Sequence record: MZ444140.1
Length of the DNA: 64,000 nucleotides
Reading direction: 5' to 3' (one strand)
The position numbers and the translations under genes are program-made. The notes beneath the pieces were generated by a model that saw nothing but the letters and a program-made list of their open reading frames with translations, did no database searches and was not told the origin of the DNA. This document shows, piece by piece, positions 10,102 through 27,585 of this stretch (its first letter is position 1; every line of letters begins with the position of its first letter).

Positions 10102-11490
10102 TTATGGAATTACCCAGCCACCTTGTGAACGGAAACACACGTAGTTAGGAGTATAATCAACGAAAATCAATCCGTTACCAGCTGCCTGGATTTTCTGTTC
10201 TTTAATAGTAAAGAATACAGTAGATCCAATAGGCCATGTATCTAGATTAGTAAAGTTAGTTCTACAGAAATCTAATGCTGCCTGCACGGATGGTTGTAAT
10301 CCTAGTGCATAAAACTTTAACTTAACCGGAAATGAATACTCTGTGGCTAATTGATCAAAATGTGTAAATATACCATTCCCACGGAGCGGTGCTTTCCATT
10401 GCCCCATTGTACCAGAACCAATCCGATTTATATTGATGACATTACTCTGGCCATCACCAGCTGTAAAGTTCACATCGGTATCAAAGTTCTTGCGCATCCA
10501 CCAAATAAGATCGCTATAACCCATTAAAGTAGCAGTAGGTTGCCCTTTAGGTTTATAATAAACCATATTGGTATTAGCCACCGTATCAGTCTTTAAATAC
10601 TTACCAGTGACCCGTGTATCGAAATCACTTTTCAAATATGACTGTACATGTGTATTTTTGACTTTATGTGGATTATCTCGACGAGCTATGTGAGCATTGA
10701 GTGGTTTTATAGCTATTTCATCTAATACACCATATGCTAATTGTGGTGTCAGATAATGCGCATTAGATTGACCTAGCTGAGCAATGGCTGGAGTAGCCAA
10801 TGGGAAGTTATTAACTAAACCTAGTTCTACATTAGTTGGAGTGATCTTGTGCGGATTGGCTTTATCTTGAATATGTTTTTCTAGCCTATCATTAAATTTC
10901 TTTAAGAATTCATCATAGATCTCTTTAACTTTACTACGATATTCATCTTCACCATTTGTATCGCCAGCCATGAGTGCTTGTGTTATCCACTCCATCTCAT
11001 TATTGTAAGGCTGATATGTATCAAGATGCCATCGTTCACCAACTAACTCACCATCTTTCCAGTATGGTTCATTACCAGTGTAGTCAAGGTCTTTTGGCTT
11101 TGGTTTACCATTTGTTTTCCACCAGTTAATATAATCATCAATAACTGTGAAACTAAAAGCTAGGTCACCACCAACCATGTGAGCTGAAGTATACACTATT
11201 GGTGTACTAGGTGTTTTTAAGAAAACAATTGCTGAGCATATTTCTTGACCAACATATGCACTAGCATCTTTATGATAATAAGTAACAATGTAATCGATAT
11301 CTTTAACTAAACGATTATATTTACCATCATAAACTTCTAACCCTTTTGTATAGAATCCACCATGATATAATTTGATGATTCTATAGTCGAACCCTTGATA
11401 CTGAACTAGAGTATGTGGTTCACTACCAATGAAACAATCTGGATTTGTACCTAATGGATCAAATGGTAATTGTAAAATAGGATTATACAT
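10102..11490 (-). CDS. Tail fibre paralog (gp133 equivalent)
   Basis: LPFDPLGTNP N-domain, HIQDKANPH and HIARRDNPH repeats. Confidence 0.8.
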   Translation of the reverse strand: MYNPILQLPFDPLGTNPDCFIGSEPHTLVQYQGFDYRIIKLYHGGFYTKGLEVYDGKYNRLVKDIDYIVTYYHKDASAYVGQEICSAIVFLKTPSTPIVYTSAHMVGGDLAFSFTVIDDYINWWKTNGKPKPKDLDYTGNEPYWKDGELVGERWHLDTYQPYNNEMEWITQALMAGDTNGEDEYRSKVKEIYDEFLKKFNDRLEKHIQDKANPHKITPTNVELGLVNNFPLATPAIAQLGQSNAHYLTPQLAYGVLDEIAIKPLNAHIARRDNPHKVKNTHVQSYLKSDFDTRVTGKYLKTDTVANTNMVYYKPKGQPTATLMGYSDLIWWMRKNFDTDVNFTAGDGQSNVININRIGSGTMGQWKAPLRGNGIFTHFDQLATEYSFPVKLKFYALGLQPSVQAALDFCRTNFTNLDTWPIGSTVFFTIKEQKIQAAGNGLIFVDYTPNYVCFRSQGGWVIP

Positions 11491-11519
11491 AAGAAATACC
11501 TTTTAACTGAAACAGCAAA

Positions 11520-11548
11520 AAGAGACACAGCCAAAAGCTGTGTCTCTT
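11520..11548 (-). terminator. Intrinsic terminator
   Basis: 12-bp stem AAGAGACACAGC-CAAAA-GCTGTGTCTCTT with a T-tract on the minus strand. Confidence 0.85.
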
Positions 11549-11564
11549 ATGCCGGGTCAGATGT

Positions 11565-11897
11565 TTATAGACGGTCTGCTGCGTCATTAAATAATTTCGC
11601 AAGTGGACCGTATATGTGCACTCGATTATAATCATCTGTCCGTTTAGGAGTCATGTACGTAGTGTTATTGAAACCTTCTTGTGCACGCTTCTTAGTAGCT
11701 GGACGATAGTTAGCCACATTACCAAGACCAATATCAGATGGTTGCAGATTATGCGGGTTACCTCTAGCTGCAATATGCCCATTGATCCTATTGATAACGG
11801 CTATGAATTTATTAAGGACCGCCTTAGTAAATAAGCCTTGATTACTAATAGAAGCATTTATTTGAGCATCCATCTCTTGACGTGTAACTTCTGCCAT
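11565..11897 (-). CDS. Small fibre-repeat protein (gp132 equivalent)
   Basis: 110 aa holding one HIAARGNPH..DIGLGNVANY module, as found in gp131. Confidence 0.75.
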   Translation of the reverse strand: MAEVTRQEMDAQINASISNQGLFTKAVLNKFIAVINRINGHIAARGNPHNLQPSDIGLGNVANYRPATKKRAQEGFNNTTYMTPKRTDDYNRVHIYGPLAKLFNDAADRL

Positions 11898-11909
11898 TTT
11901 TAAATCCTC

Positions 11910-14225
11910 TTATGGACCAGTGGGTGGAGTTGGTTCAATATGTTTCACACGTGTACCCCTGCCATTCCATAATAAGGAGTTATCAGGTGAATCTCCCCAA
12001 AACATGACTTGATTCAAAGTATTTACTGTCACAGTGAAATTATGCCCTGCTGCCAATTGAATATACGGTCCAGCATGATCATCCACGTCACATTGTCCAT
12101 TATCGTTATTTCCGAAGAAAGCGATTTGGCCATCACCATACATCACAGTGTAATGTGTATATAATCCTGATACACCACCAATTGGGTTACTATATACATT
12201 AGCAGTTACATCGTTACCACGTCCATCGAACCATAATGGCGAGATAACCGTAAAGGATGTATCATTACCATTGCGGATGATTTCCATGACATGTACTTTA
12301 CTAGATTCAGATGTGTAATCTTCAGAGGCAACTAATGGGTCTATTGAATGTATGATGATGTGGGTGCAACCAATTGACATTGAATCAATAACATGATTCA
12401 ATGGTTTAATTGTGTTGTTAACAAAATCATTAAAAGCACTAACGAAGCTTGGGATACCATAAGCTGTATATACATAGTCAGCACTGCTAGCTGGACCTAT
12501 GTTTACAACAACTGTCATTTCACCAGGATAGGTATCTTCAGTATTGGTAAATAAAGCCCATGGTTTATTAGCAGCAGGTACTAATAGTTCAGATGTACCA
12601 CCTTTAACACAGCGATAAAGATCTTGGTGCTCAAAGATAGCTGATTCACCTGTTGAACTAAAGATAAACTTACCTGTTAACATATACAGAGATGTTTTAT
12701 TTGCCCAGATACTTGAAGGGATATTCCCATCTATAGGTGCAGTCCATTCTACTGGAATTGGTATCATCTCATCGACTTTAGTTTCATCGATACATGCTGA
12801 CTTGGCTACACCATTTTCTACCCAATACTGACCATATCGGTGAGATACCCAAGATTCCTGAGCATAGCCTAAGCGCTCTGGCATAACTACATAAGGGTTA
12901 GCTGGCGATTTAGGATGAACTATATGGTCATCTCTGACAATTGTACAATCCCACCAACTATTAAATCCAGCATAAGCATGGAAACCTGCCGTGACACCTT
13001 GAATTAATTCCATTCGGTCATATTCACTGGTATCATCTACAATAACTGGCAATGTATCTATCTTTAATTGTGCATCATCCCAGTTAGCGTTATAGCCGGC
13101 TGCCATCCTTTCAATATCACCGAATGATGGGAATTCATCTTTCCATTGCTCAGGTGTTAATCCACCAAAGGTAGAAGCATCGCCACCACCTAGTCCTGCC
13201 AGTAGTTGATCAACTTGTGTTTTAGTATATGCATTAACCTGGTCGGCAGTTACAACGTGTGGGTTATTTTCATTACTAATATGTTGATTAAGTTTCTCTT
13301 CTAGCTCATTAATTCTAGAAGCATCGCCAATCCGACTATAGAGAATAGATGCAGTATAAGGTGTTAATAATACCGAATCATTAGTTACATCTACCGCAGT
13401 GGTTGGTGTTGCAGCTGGATAGTTAGGAACATTACCTAAATTAATATCAGCAGCTGTTAGATCGTGTACGTTACCCCTAGCCGCTATGTGAGCATTAAGC
13501 GGATTTACGGCAAACTTATTAACTAATGCTAATGTACCACGTGGGTTCGTAAATAGATCATTACGATTAGCATCTAAATGCTGTTGATCAGTTGCCATCG
13601 CATAGTTTGGAACTAGTGCTAAGCCAACTTGTGCTTTAGTTACCCTGTGTGGGTTGTTATAATCACGAATATGTTGGTCAGTTGTACCGGCAGCCGCAGC
13701 ACGGATAGCTTCTATAATACCTTCGATACCTTCAAGAATCTCTTTACTACCTACTAATGAATCAATAGGTTGATTGTGTTCTAAAGGTGGGAAAGAAGCA
13801 GGTAATGGACCAATTGCACCCCATGACCGAATCAAGGGGTTATACTGTTTGCGTGCAAGCTCAGCCAGGATCTGTTGATTACTAAATCCCCATTGCCCAC
13901 CTATTGTACGATAATCCATACCAATCATAGCGTTTATCGAACGCTTCATGATACGTATAGATCCAGCGATAGGTCTACCTATCGATTCCATAGCTTCAAT
14001 AAACCAATGCCCAATAAGGTAATCAACACCTTCTACATAAGTCTGATTGGTCAGTGGGTTAAATAGTCGTAATGAATCTACAAAGAAAGGTGCAGCAAAT
14101 GGTATAATGAAATAATAATCATCACCATCTGGTACCTGGAGAGTTTGGCGCTCACCTTTAATAAAGTTCTGGGGATTTGTTCCATTGGGGTCGAATGGAT
14201 ATAACCCAGTTTCACCGTGGGCCAT
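11910..14225 (-). CDS. gp131: Tail fibre/baseplate-periphery protein with C-terminal beta-propeller (phiKZ gp131 ortholog)
   Basis: 771 aa; YPFDPNGTNP N-domain, three NPH-type repeats, RCC1-like blades (GDGQIAFFGNNDNGQC, LAAGHNFTV). Confidence 0.85.
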   Translation of the reverse strand: MAHGETGLYPFDPNGTNPQNFIKGERQTLQVPDGDDYYFIIPFAAPFFVDSLRLFNPLTNQTYVEGVDYLIGHWFIEAMESIGRPIAGSIRIMKRSINAMIGMDYRTIGGQWGFSNQQILAELARKQYNPLIRSWGAIGPLPASFPPLEHNQPIDSLVGSKEILEGIEGIIEAIRAAAAGTTDQHIRDYNNPHRVTKAQVGLALVPNYAMATDQQHLDANRNDLFTNPRGTLALVNKFAVNPLNAHIAARGNVHDLTAADINLGNVPNYPAATPTTAVDVTNDSVLLTPYTASILYSRIGDASRINELEEKLNQHISNENNPHVVTADQVNAYTKTQVDQLLAGLGGGDASTFGGLTPEQWKDEFPSFGDIERMAAGYNANWDDAQLKIDTLPVIVDDTSEYDRMELIQGVTAGFHAYAGFNSWWDCTIVRDDHIVHPKSPANPYVVMPERLGYAQESWVSHRYGQYWVENGVAKSACIDETKVDEMIPIPVEWTAPIDGNIPSSIWANKTSLYMLTGKFIFSSTGESAIFEHQDLYRCVKGGTSELLVPAANKPWALFTNTEDTYPGEMTVVVNIGPASSADYVYTAYGIPSFVSAFNDFVNNTIKPLNHVIDSMSIGCTHIIIHSIDPLVASEDYTSESSKVHVMEIIRNGNDTSFTVISPLWFDGRGNDVTANVYSNPIGGVSGLYTHYTVMYGDGQIAFFGNNDNGQCDVDDHAGPYIQLAAGHNFTVTVNTLNQVMFWGDSPDNSLLWNGRGTRVKHIEPTPPTGP

Positions 14226-14322
14226 GGTTGCCCTCCTTTAATAAAACGCTATTGCGCAATTTGTTAGCGTAATGATGTGAAATTCACATAGGATTGTCCA
14301 ATCATTCCATGGAGACTAATAG

Positions 14323-15606
<1,284 letters not shown>

Positions 15607-15614
15607 CGTCATAA

Positions 15615-15635
15615 GCCCTCCCATTACGGGAGGGC
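15615..15635. terminator. Bidirectional terminator between convergent genes
   Basis: CATAA-GCCCTCCC-ATTAC-GGGAGGGC-ATTATG. Confidence 0.85.
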
Positions 15636-15652
15636 ATTATGTTGTTTAGAAA

Positions 15653-18346
<2,694 letters not shown>

Positions 18347-18366
18347 CTAAATTTTAAAGTGAGTAA

Positions 18367-20547
<2,181 letters not shown>

Positions 20548-20554
20548 GGAGCGA

Positions 20555-21430
<876 letters not shown>

Positions 21431-21438
21431 GGTGTGTA

Positions 21439-21882
21439 ATGGCTGATACAAGAGCTGAATTAGTAGCTGCTTGGAATGTGGCTAATAAACCTAAAGATAA
21501 TAATGGTAAGCCTAGGGATTTAACTGTTGATGATGTTGAATTTATAGGGACTGATACATTCTTAGCAACTGGTACAAATGCCAAAACAACAATGAGAGCG
21601 AAGACCAGTTCACTTTATTTTAAAGGTGAGACAGTTATTTACTTTAATAGACGCTCTTTACCAGAGTACTGTCTTGGTATAAAAGTACCGGGTAAACCAA
21701 CTGACTATACTGATAATTTAGAAGTAGCTGAAAAATTAAGAGATGTTTACGGTATTCCATTTATTATAGATGAGATACAACCGCAACCTATTACTGGGAA
21801 TACGGTTACGATACATCCATACTTTAATAACTTGTCGTGGATACCAACAATACCAGTAACTCTTGAATTTGAAAGTAGTTAA
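21439..21882 (+). CDS. Virion/tail-associated protein (gp126 equivalent)
   Basis: 147 aa; GAGGTG RBS; YFNRRSL motif weakly paralogous to gp127/gp143. Confidence 0.6.
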   Translation: MADTRAELVAAWNVANKPKDNNGKPRDLTVDDVEFIGTDTFLATGTNAKTTMRAKTSSLYFKGETVIYFNRRSLPEYCLGIKVPGKPTDYTDNLEVAEKLRDVYGIPFIIDEIQPQPITGNTVTIHPYFNNLSWIPTIPVTLEFESS

Positions 21883-21905
21883 ATAAAAAAAAAATAAAGA
21901 CATAG

Positions 21906-21927
21906 CCCCTCTCCATGCGGAGAGGGG
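21906..21927. terminator. Bidirectional terminator
   Basis: CCCCTCTCC-ATGC-GGAGAGGGG between convergent genes. Confidence 0.85.
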
Positions 21928-21947
21928 TTTATGCCATTACTTAATTA

Positions 21948-22580
21948 TTACCATTCAACCTTAAATTCACCGCATTTAAATGACAGTTTATTAGATCGAT
22001 GATCTCGCCCAAACCAACATCCTTCCTTGGTAACTGCATCTGCGATTTGTGGTTTAACCATATTGTTTTTGTATGATTCACGAAGTGCAGTATATAGGGC
22101 TTTATGACATGTTTCGAAGAATACCTTATTAATAGGATTCTTATCATTAACTCGTGCTAGTGAATGTTTATCAAGAAGAGTGTGCATTCCAATTGAATAC
22201 TTCTGGATAGTTTCTAGATCTTTCTTAAGCGCCCAGATACCATAAGTTACTTTTAGAGAAGTATTAGCTTTGGTTGATGGAATAAATGCTGATGGGTCAT
22301 CAATCATTGGTGCTAATTGCTCAGTGGAATATGGATTATAAGAAAGATATTGTTGGCCATCCCAAATATACATATCCATTGTATCTTGAACGACATATAG
22401 AACTAGAACTTTACCATTTGCCGGTAGATCACATTTTGTATTTACTTCTACAGTGTCATTAAAATCTGGTTTATAGTTACTATAACTATTCATCAATACC
22501 ACATCATCGAATAGTCCTGCCATATTCACCGTATTTTTGTTTAGTAATTCTTTAAAGAATTTATTCATTTTAGCTAGCAT
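21948..22580 (-). CDS. Hypothetical protein (gp125 equivalent)
   Basis: 210-aa ORF with GGAG RBS. Confidence 0.7.
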   Translation of the reverse strand: MLAKMNKFFKELLNKNTVNMAGLFDDVVLMNSYSNYKPDFNDTVEVNTKCDLPANGKVLVLYVVQDTMDMYIWDGQQYLSYNPYSTEQLAPMIDDPSAFIPSTKANTSLKVTYGIWALKKDLETIQKYSIGMHTLLDKHSLARVNDKNPINKVFFETCHKALYTALRESYKNNMVKPQIADAVTKEGCWFGRDHRSNKLSFKCGEFKVEW

Positions 22581-22632
22581 TGTATTACTCCTTTTTTACA
22601 ATATTTGATTAAACTATACATTACTCATAAAT

Positions 22633-22654
22633 AAGCCCCTCCGAAGAGGGGCTT
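22633..22654 (-). terminator. Intrinsic terminator
   Basis: AAGCCCCTC-CGAA-GAGGGGCTT (UUCG loop on the minus strand). Confidence 0.8.
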
Positions 22655-22660
22655 TCATGC

Positions 22661-24826
22661 TTATTTGATAAGCTTAAGTAGAACAGCATTATCAACAAGA
22701 GCGCCACGAATAACTTGTAGATAAGATCCATCAGCAGTGATAATGTACATTTTGTGGGTACGTGCATCATCTGAATCTTTAGAGCTATTTAGACGCTTTG
22801 CCATTCCCATGATTACTTGAGTAATCTTAGGTTCAGTAAGTTTACTGATAAGCACTGCTTTCTCGGTATAAATATTTAGGCAGGATAGTTCCTCAAGGCG
22901 CCAGCCAGTTTGGAAACGCACTGATAGATCTAGAATAGAATTACCTTCTTCTGGATCAATATTAACACACATACTCCGTCCAACAATAAACGGAATACTA
23001 GCGGTAAATTTATCAGCTACTGACTTACCCTTCTTACCGATCAGATATGCGATAAGGTCACCGATATCTTCACAGAAGTCATCAATGGTTACCTTCTGAC
23101 TCATTGAATCAGCCAGGAACTCATTAACTGCACTGGTGAGCCTTTCAACTAGGAACCGATAGTAGCGTTGAGCCAGCTTACCATCTAGCATTAGTTGCTT
23201 AAGGCGCTTTGCAATTAGATGCGGATCGGGTTCTTTTCGAATATCCTCGATCTCATACATGACTTCAGTTGAAGCATCAAATGGATGGGATGATGCTGCG
23301 CGATACTCATGTGCTGGAACTACATCATCTTCGCTTAGCTCAAGTGCTTCACGAACTGCATTGAGTGCACCAGCTTCTGCTTCAAGATTATTTGCACAAG
23401 CAATATAACCTTCTAGGATAACTGGATCATGTTCACGATTATTAGTTAACCCAGCATCATTTGGTGAAAACTCTTCGGCTACTTCTTTAACCGGTTTGGC
23501 ATCACCCATAATGGTAGATAGCTTATAACTGGTTGCAGTACGCGCACCACCACCACGATGTGCTTGACGACGGAGATCATCTTGAAGCTCATGCTTTAGA
23601 TAATCCATTTCCATGTGATTCTCCCACTTACGATATACTTCATGTACAGTGTTATCAGGCCATTTAGCAAGGAAGCGACAATATACTGCCGGATCCATTA
23701 GGATGCTGTATGGATTAGCTGAACTAGCAGTACGTACCCAATCAGGTTTATCTGCAACTAGATGAGCAGGTCGGATTTCAATGCCACCTGGATTATAGAT
23801 AACATCCATCGGACGATCTTTATTAATTACAAATCCATTGGGTACATAATAGTTCGGATCGAATACGAGTTCTTTCACATCTTGAGGGATGGGTAGATCC
23901 GTATTATCATTAGTTACAGTATTTGCATTTTGTTGTAGTTCAGGTAGAATCATTACATCACCTCCACCAGGGATTGTATCATAACTACTATTTGGAGATA
24001 CTTCAACAGTGGCACCCCAAGAGTCTTTAGGTTGCATGACTGGTTTGTTTTCCAGGAAAGGAGAAGAACCAGGTACGTCATATGCAGCATTTGCAATTGA
24101 TGGACCAGTGTCATGATTAGTTGTTGGTGTATATGCCCCTGGAATGTTCAGCTGCGGATTAGCCATGGTAGCCGGTTGACCATAGGTCTGTTGGATACCT
24201 GCGTTAATTGGAGGTAGTTGTGAACTCATGCCAGGACGACCCATTGCTGCACCCATCCCAGGGAAACTTCCAGGCTGTACACCAGGTTGTTGATATCCAC
24301 CCTGCATCATGGTGTTACCACCCATACGCATCTTTTGGATATCTGATTCAATCTGCCCGATTACACCAAGTGCCTGTTGGATATTCGGCATTAGATGTTG
24401 AACTAGACTTTGTAGCTGCGGGAAAGTTTGAGCACATTTACCAACAAAACCAGACCATACTAGAGATGCAGCTTGCTGCATTGCCTGCTGTGGGTTATTC
24501 ACCATTTGACGATGAATAAATAGAAACTCTAGAAAGTCAATAACTTTCTGAGCCCACTGCTGATAATAGTTATTCTGAAAACCATTACTAGATAGCAGAT
24601 TATACGCAAATGCATGAAGCTGGGTGGTAGTAGCAGCATTTTGAGCATTCAGCCGGAACAGCCCAATTACACCATTGAAATATGGTTGTAGTTGAGGATG
24701 TTGTTGATGTGGTGATAACTGTAGCGGTAGGCTAAACAGATAATTCCCATTAGGTAGGTTAGGATCGAAAGTACTGGTATCTACACTCTCAAAATCGACA
24801 GGTAGATTGTACTGTGCATAGTTCAT
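22661..24826 (-). CDS. Hypothetical protein with a Q/G/P/M-rich low-complexity region (gp124 equivalent)
   Basis: 721 aa directly downstream of the nvRNAP subunit. Confidence 0.75.
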   Translation of the reverse strand: MNYAQYNLPVDFESVDTSTFDPNLPNGNYLFSLPLQLSPHQQHPQLQPYFNGVIGLFRLNAQNAATTTQLHAFAYNLLSSNGFQNNYYQQWAQKVIDFLEFLFIHRQMVNNPQQAMQQAASLVWSGFVGKCAQTFPQLQSLVQHLMPNIQQALGVIGQIESDIQKMRMGGNTMMQGGYQQPGVQPGSFPGMGAAMGRPGMSSQLPPINAGIQQTYGQPATMANPQLNIPGAYTPTTNHDTGPSIANAAYDVPGSSPFLENKPVMQPKDSWGATVEVSPNSSYDTIPGGGDVMILPELQQNANTVTNDNTDLPIPQDVKELVFDPNYYVPNGFVINKDRPMDVIYNPGGIEIRPAHLVADKPDWVRTASSANPYSILMDPAVYCRFLAKWPDNTVHEVYRKWENHMEMDYLKHELQDDLRRQAHRGGGARTATSYKLSTIMGDAKPVKEVAEEFSPNDAGLTNNREHDPVILEGYIACANNLEAEAGALNAVREALELSEDDVVPAHEYRAASSHPFDASTEVMYEIEDIRKEPDPHLIAKRLKQLMLDGKLAQRYYRFLVERLTSAVNEFLADSMSQKVTIDDFCEDIGDLIAYLIGKKGKSVADKFTASIPFIVGRSMCVNIDPEEGNSILDLSVRFQTGWRLEELSCLNIYTEKAVLISKLTEPKITQVIMGMAKRLNSSKDSDDARTHKMYIITADGSYLQVIRGALVDNAVLLKLIK

Positions 24827-24861
24827 GTGAATAATACCTATTAAGTAGTTAAAGATTTAAT

Positions 24862-26493
24862 TTATTTTGCACGGAACATTAATTGAGCGTTGTCAATTAT
24901 TTCACGCACTTCTTCACGACGTTCAACTAGTCCAGTTGGACCCACTTTGGTATACATATTAAGCCTACCTCGACCATCCGGGTTGTTCTTAGGTTGGTTT
25001 TTATATTGACCTACCTCAGCAATAGATGCGTGAATAATCCTAGATGAGTCATTGATTAGAGACTTATTATGAGCCTTAGCTGTTTTAGCGCGATCCTGTG
25101 TAACTAGGATAGATGTCCCTTTAATCAACATACTGGAGTTTGGATTACTCATTGTATCGAGTTCACCATGATCCACTGTTAATCGTTTAATAGCTGTCTG
25201 TAGTTTAAAGGAACGTTTTAAACCTTCATTTAGCTCTTGCACAGTCCATTCACGATCACGCCTAGACTGGAACATATAGCCAAACATACTTACAGCATAG
25301 TTAAACTCTGACATCAGGTAATGTAGTACTGTTAACCTTTTACCATACATACTAGTTTCATCAATATCGGTAGCATAAAGATGATGAGCCAAACTAGTCA
25401 TGATCTCGTAAAGAAGTTCCCAAATAGTACTTACATTGACACCAACTGTTTTAAGTTCTTCAATAGTCATTTCGTCTAGTGAATTACAGAAACTGTGTAG
25501 GTGTGAATCAATGTTTTCCTCTACTTTACCTTGGTGCTCAAAATCACCAAACACCATGTGACCTAGGATAACACGCCATAAGTTGGTACTATCTACATAT
25601 TCAGGTCGAGTAAACCGCATTGGAAATGCATCGACCACATACCAGAAACCAGCGATAAGTCGTGTGGCAAAAATAGATTCTTGATGACGAGGTATAACAA
25701 GAACCATTTCACCGGTGGGATGTTTGCCTTTTAATGTTGCACTGGAATAAATATTCCACTTTTCACGTGGATATTCTTCTTCAGGAAAATCAGACAGCAG
25801 TCCACACTTAACATCTACATTAGCCCATTGTTTGAAAGTTTGAGTTACTCCAAACTGACAGAAGAAATAATGAGCTAAACATGACTCAATATGTGGTCGA
25901 TTATCCAGATCTCGTTTAGTACGCTTAGCCATTTCATTGTGAATCTGTGACCAGATCACATACATGATTTTACGCTGACCATTGCACATGTAATGGTGGT
26001 CAGTTTGTTTAAAGGTTAGCTTAGTACGACGAAACGGGATGAAGATGCTATCATTAAGTACAGAGAACCCAACATCAGTTAATACTGGTGAACCGATATA
26101 TTTCGCACCATTGATAGTTACCATATTGCCTCTCTTAAAAGCTGGTAACAACATTGGACGAGGATAAAGCATTTCCCCTTTATAACTAAACATTAGGTCA
26201 ATCATGTACATGTCAGTTGGAGCAATATTGGCAATACGCTTAGCATTATATTCCCGAGTAATCTCTTCAAAATGCTTAAGCGGTGTACATGCACGATTGC
26301 CTTCATATTTGAAGCCATCGGGAAATAGAACTGAACTGATATCAAATAAAGAATCAATATAACGCCTGGTCATATTAACACCAGTATTTGGATCACGAGT
26401 CATGGTGTGTTCGACTGTGATACCATTTGCTAGTGTTGGATTCATGCAAGGCGTATTTTCACGAATCTTTTCAATTAGAAATGGATCCGGCAT
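24862..26493 (-). CDS. gp123: Non-virion RNA polymerase beta subunit, N-terminal part (phiKZ gp123 ortholog)
   Basis: 543 aa; INGAKYI, GKRLTVL and IIHASIAEV...PDGRGRLN align with RpoB N-terminal regions (INGTERV, GNRRLR, DVHPSHYGR); gene order matches. Confidence 0.85.
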   Translation of the reverse strand: MPDPFLIEKIRENTPCMNPTLANGITVEHTMTRDPNTGVNMTRRYIDSLFDISSVLFPDGFKYEGNRACTPLKHFEEITREYNAKRIANIAPTDMYMIDLMFSYKGEMLYPRPMLLPAFKRGNMVTINGAKYIGSPVLTDVGFSVLNDSIFIPFRRTKLTFKQTDHHYMCNGQRKIMYVIWSQIHNEMAKRTKRDLDNRPHIESCLAHYFFCQFGVTQTFKQWANVDVKCGLLSDFPEEEYPREKWNIYSSATLKGKHPTGEMVLVIPRHQESIFATRLIAGFWYVVDAFPMRFTRPEYVDSTNLWRVILGHMVFGDFEHQGKVEENIDSHLHSFCNSLDEMTIEELKTVGVNVSTIWELLYEIMTSLAHHLYATDIDETSMYGKRLTVLHYLMSEFNYAVSMFGYMFQSRRDREWTVQELNEGLKRSFKLQTAIKRLTVDHGELDTMSNPNSSMLIKGTSILVTQDRAKTAKAHNKSLINDSSRIIHASIAEVGQYKNQPKNNPDGRGRLNMYTKVGPTGLVERREEVREIIDNAQLMFRAK

Positions 26494-26502
26494 TATAAAC
26501 TC

Positions 26503-27585
26503 CTAAACTTTTGGCAAAATTAAATCCATCAGTGAACCTACAATTTTAATGGATGATACTAGATCAGAGGCAATGGAGTTTAGATCACCCCATTTTAGAC
26601 CATGAATCAATACAACATCTTTTGGTTTGAATTCTTTATCAAACGTACCAGCTGCTTTTTCCTGGGCTTCCCTTTCCTTAATATCAGCTGCTGTTAAGAG
26701 TGCAGTCTTAAGACGTTCAATAACTTTCTTATCTTTAATTCCAACCATTGCAGCAGCTTCTTCATGTGTTCTAAAGAAACCATTTTCATGGAACTGTTCA
26801 GGAGGTATTACATATCTCTTTTCGCCATTATGACTAATACATCCATGTTTACCACGGATATTAACAATAAGACCAGGATCTAATGATGGATTGTAGATTG
26901 ACTCAATGGCCATAATTCTGCCAGCCATTACATAAAACAATTTATCTGGTTTATTGATGTCAGTATTATACGTTAAAGAATATGTTTCATTCCATACTTG
27001 ATTAGAAAGTGCTTCTTCTTCTGGACTAAGTCCGCTGTAACCAGGAGGACTAATATTTCTATTTGGATAAAATTCAAAATACTGACTATACTCAGTTTTA
27101 AATACTTGGATACCTAAACTCTGAATCCAACCACCATGATACTGATCTACTAGTTTTGATAAGTCAATTGAATACCAAATAGTAATCTCAGATAACTGGT
27201 TATTAAACTGATCGAATGTCTGTCGACTAAATGACTGAATATATTCTAACATTTCCTCAGGTGTAAAACCTGGAATAGATTTAGCCATAACTTCATAGTT
27301 AAAACTATCATCACCACTCCATCGGTAAATGACCTTAACTACCAGTCTATTAGACATTACATACTTACGGGATGTCCCAATATTGATAGCGTGACCAGAC
27401 GAATCAACTACAGTAATACGATGAAATGATTCATTCCGATACTCAACAAAACGTGAGACAGGGAGATTCCAATTAGCGTATGGATCACCCTTAGTGTATG
27501 CAGTTCCCGATTTCTTATCATACGGGTGATCGATAGTAGGCTTAACTGATACTTGAGTAAGCCCCGCAATTTTTAGTGTTACCAT
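26503..27585 (-). CDS. Hypothetical protein (gp122 equivalent)
   Basis: 360-aa intact ORF. Confidence 0.7.
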   Translation of the reverse strand: MVTLKIAGLTQVSVKPTIDHPYDKKSGTAYTKGDPYANWNLPVSRFVEYRNESFHRITVVDSSGHAINIGTSRKYVMSNRLVVKVIYRWSGDDSFNYEVMAKSIPGFTPEEMLEYIQSFSRQTFDQFNNQLSEITIWYSIDLSKLVDQYHGGWIQSLGIQVFKTEYSQYFEFYPNRNISPPGYSGLSPEEEALSNQVWNETYSLTYNTDINKPDKLFYVMAGRIMAIESIYNPSLDPGLIVNIRGKHGCISHNGEKRYVIPPEQFHENGFFRTHEEAAAMVGIKDKKVIERLKTALLTAADIKEREAQEKAAGTFDKEFKPKDVVLIHGLKWGDLNSIASDLVSSIKIVGSLMDLILPKV

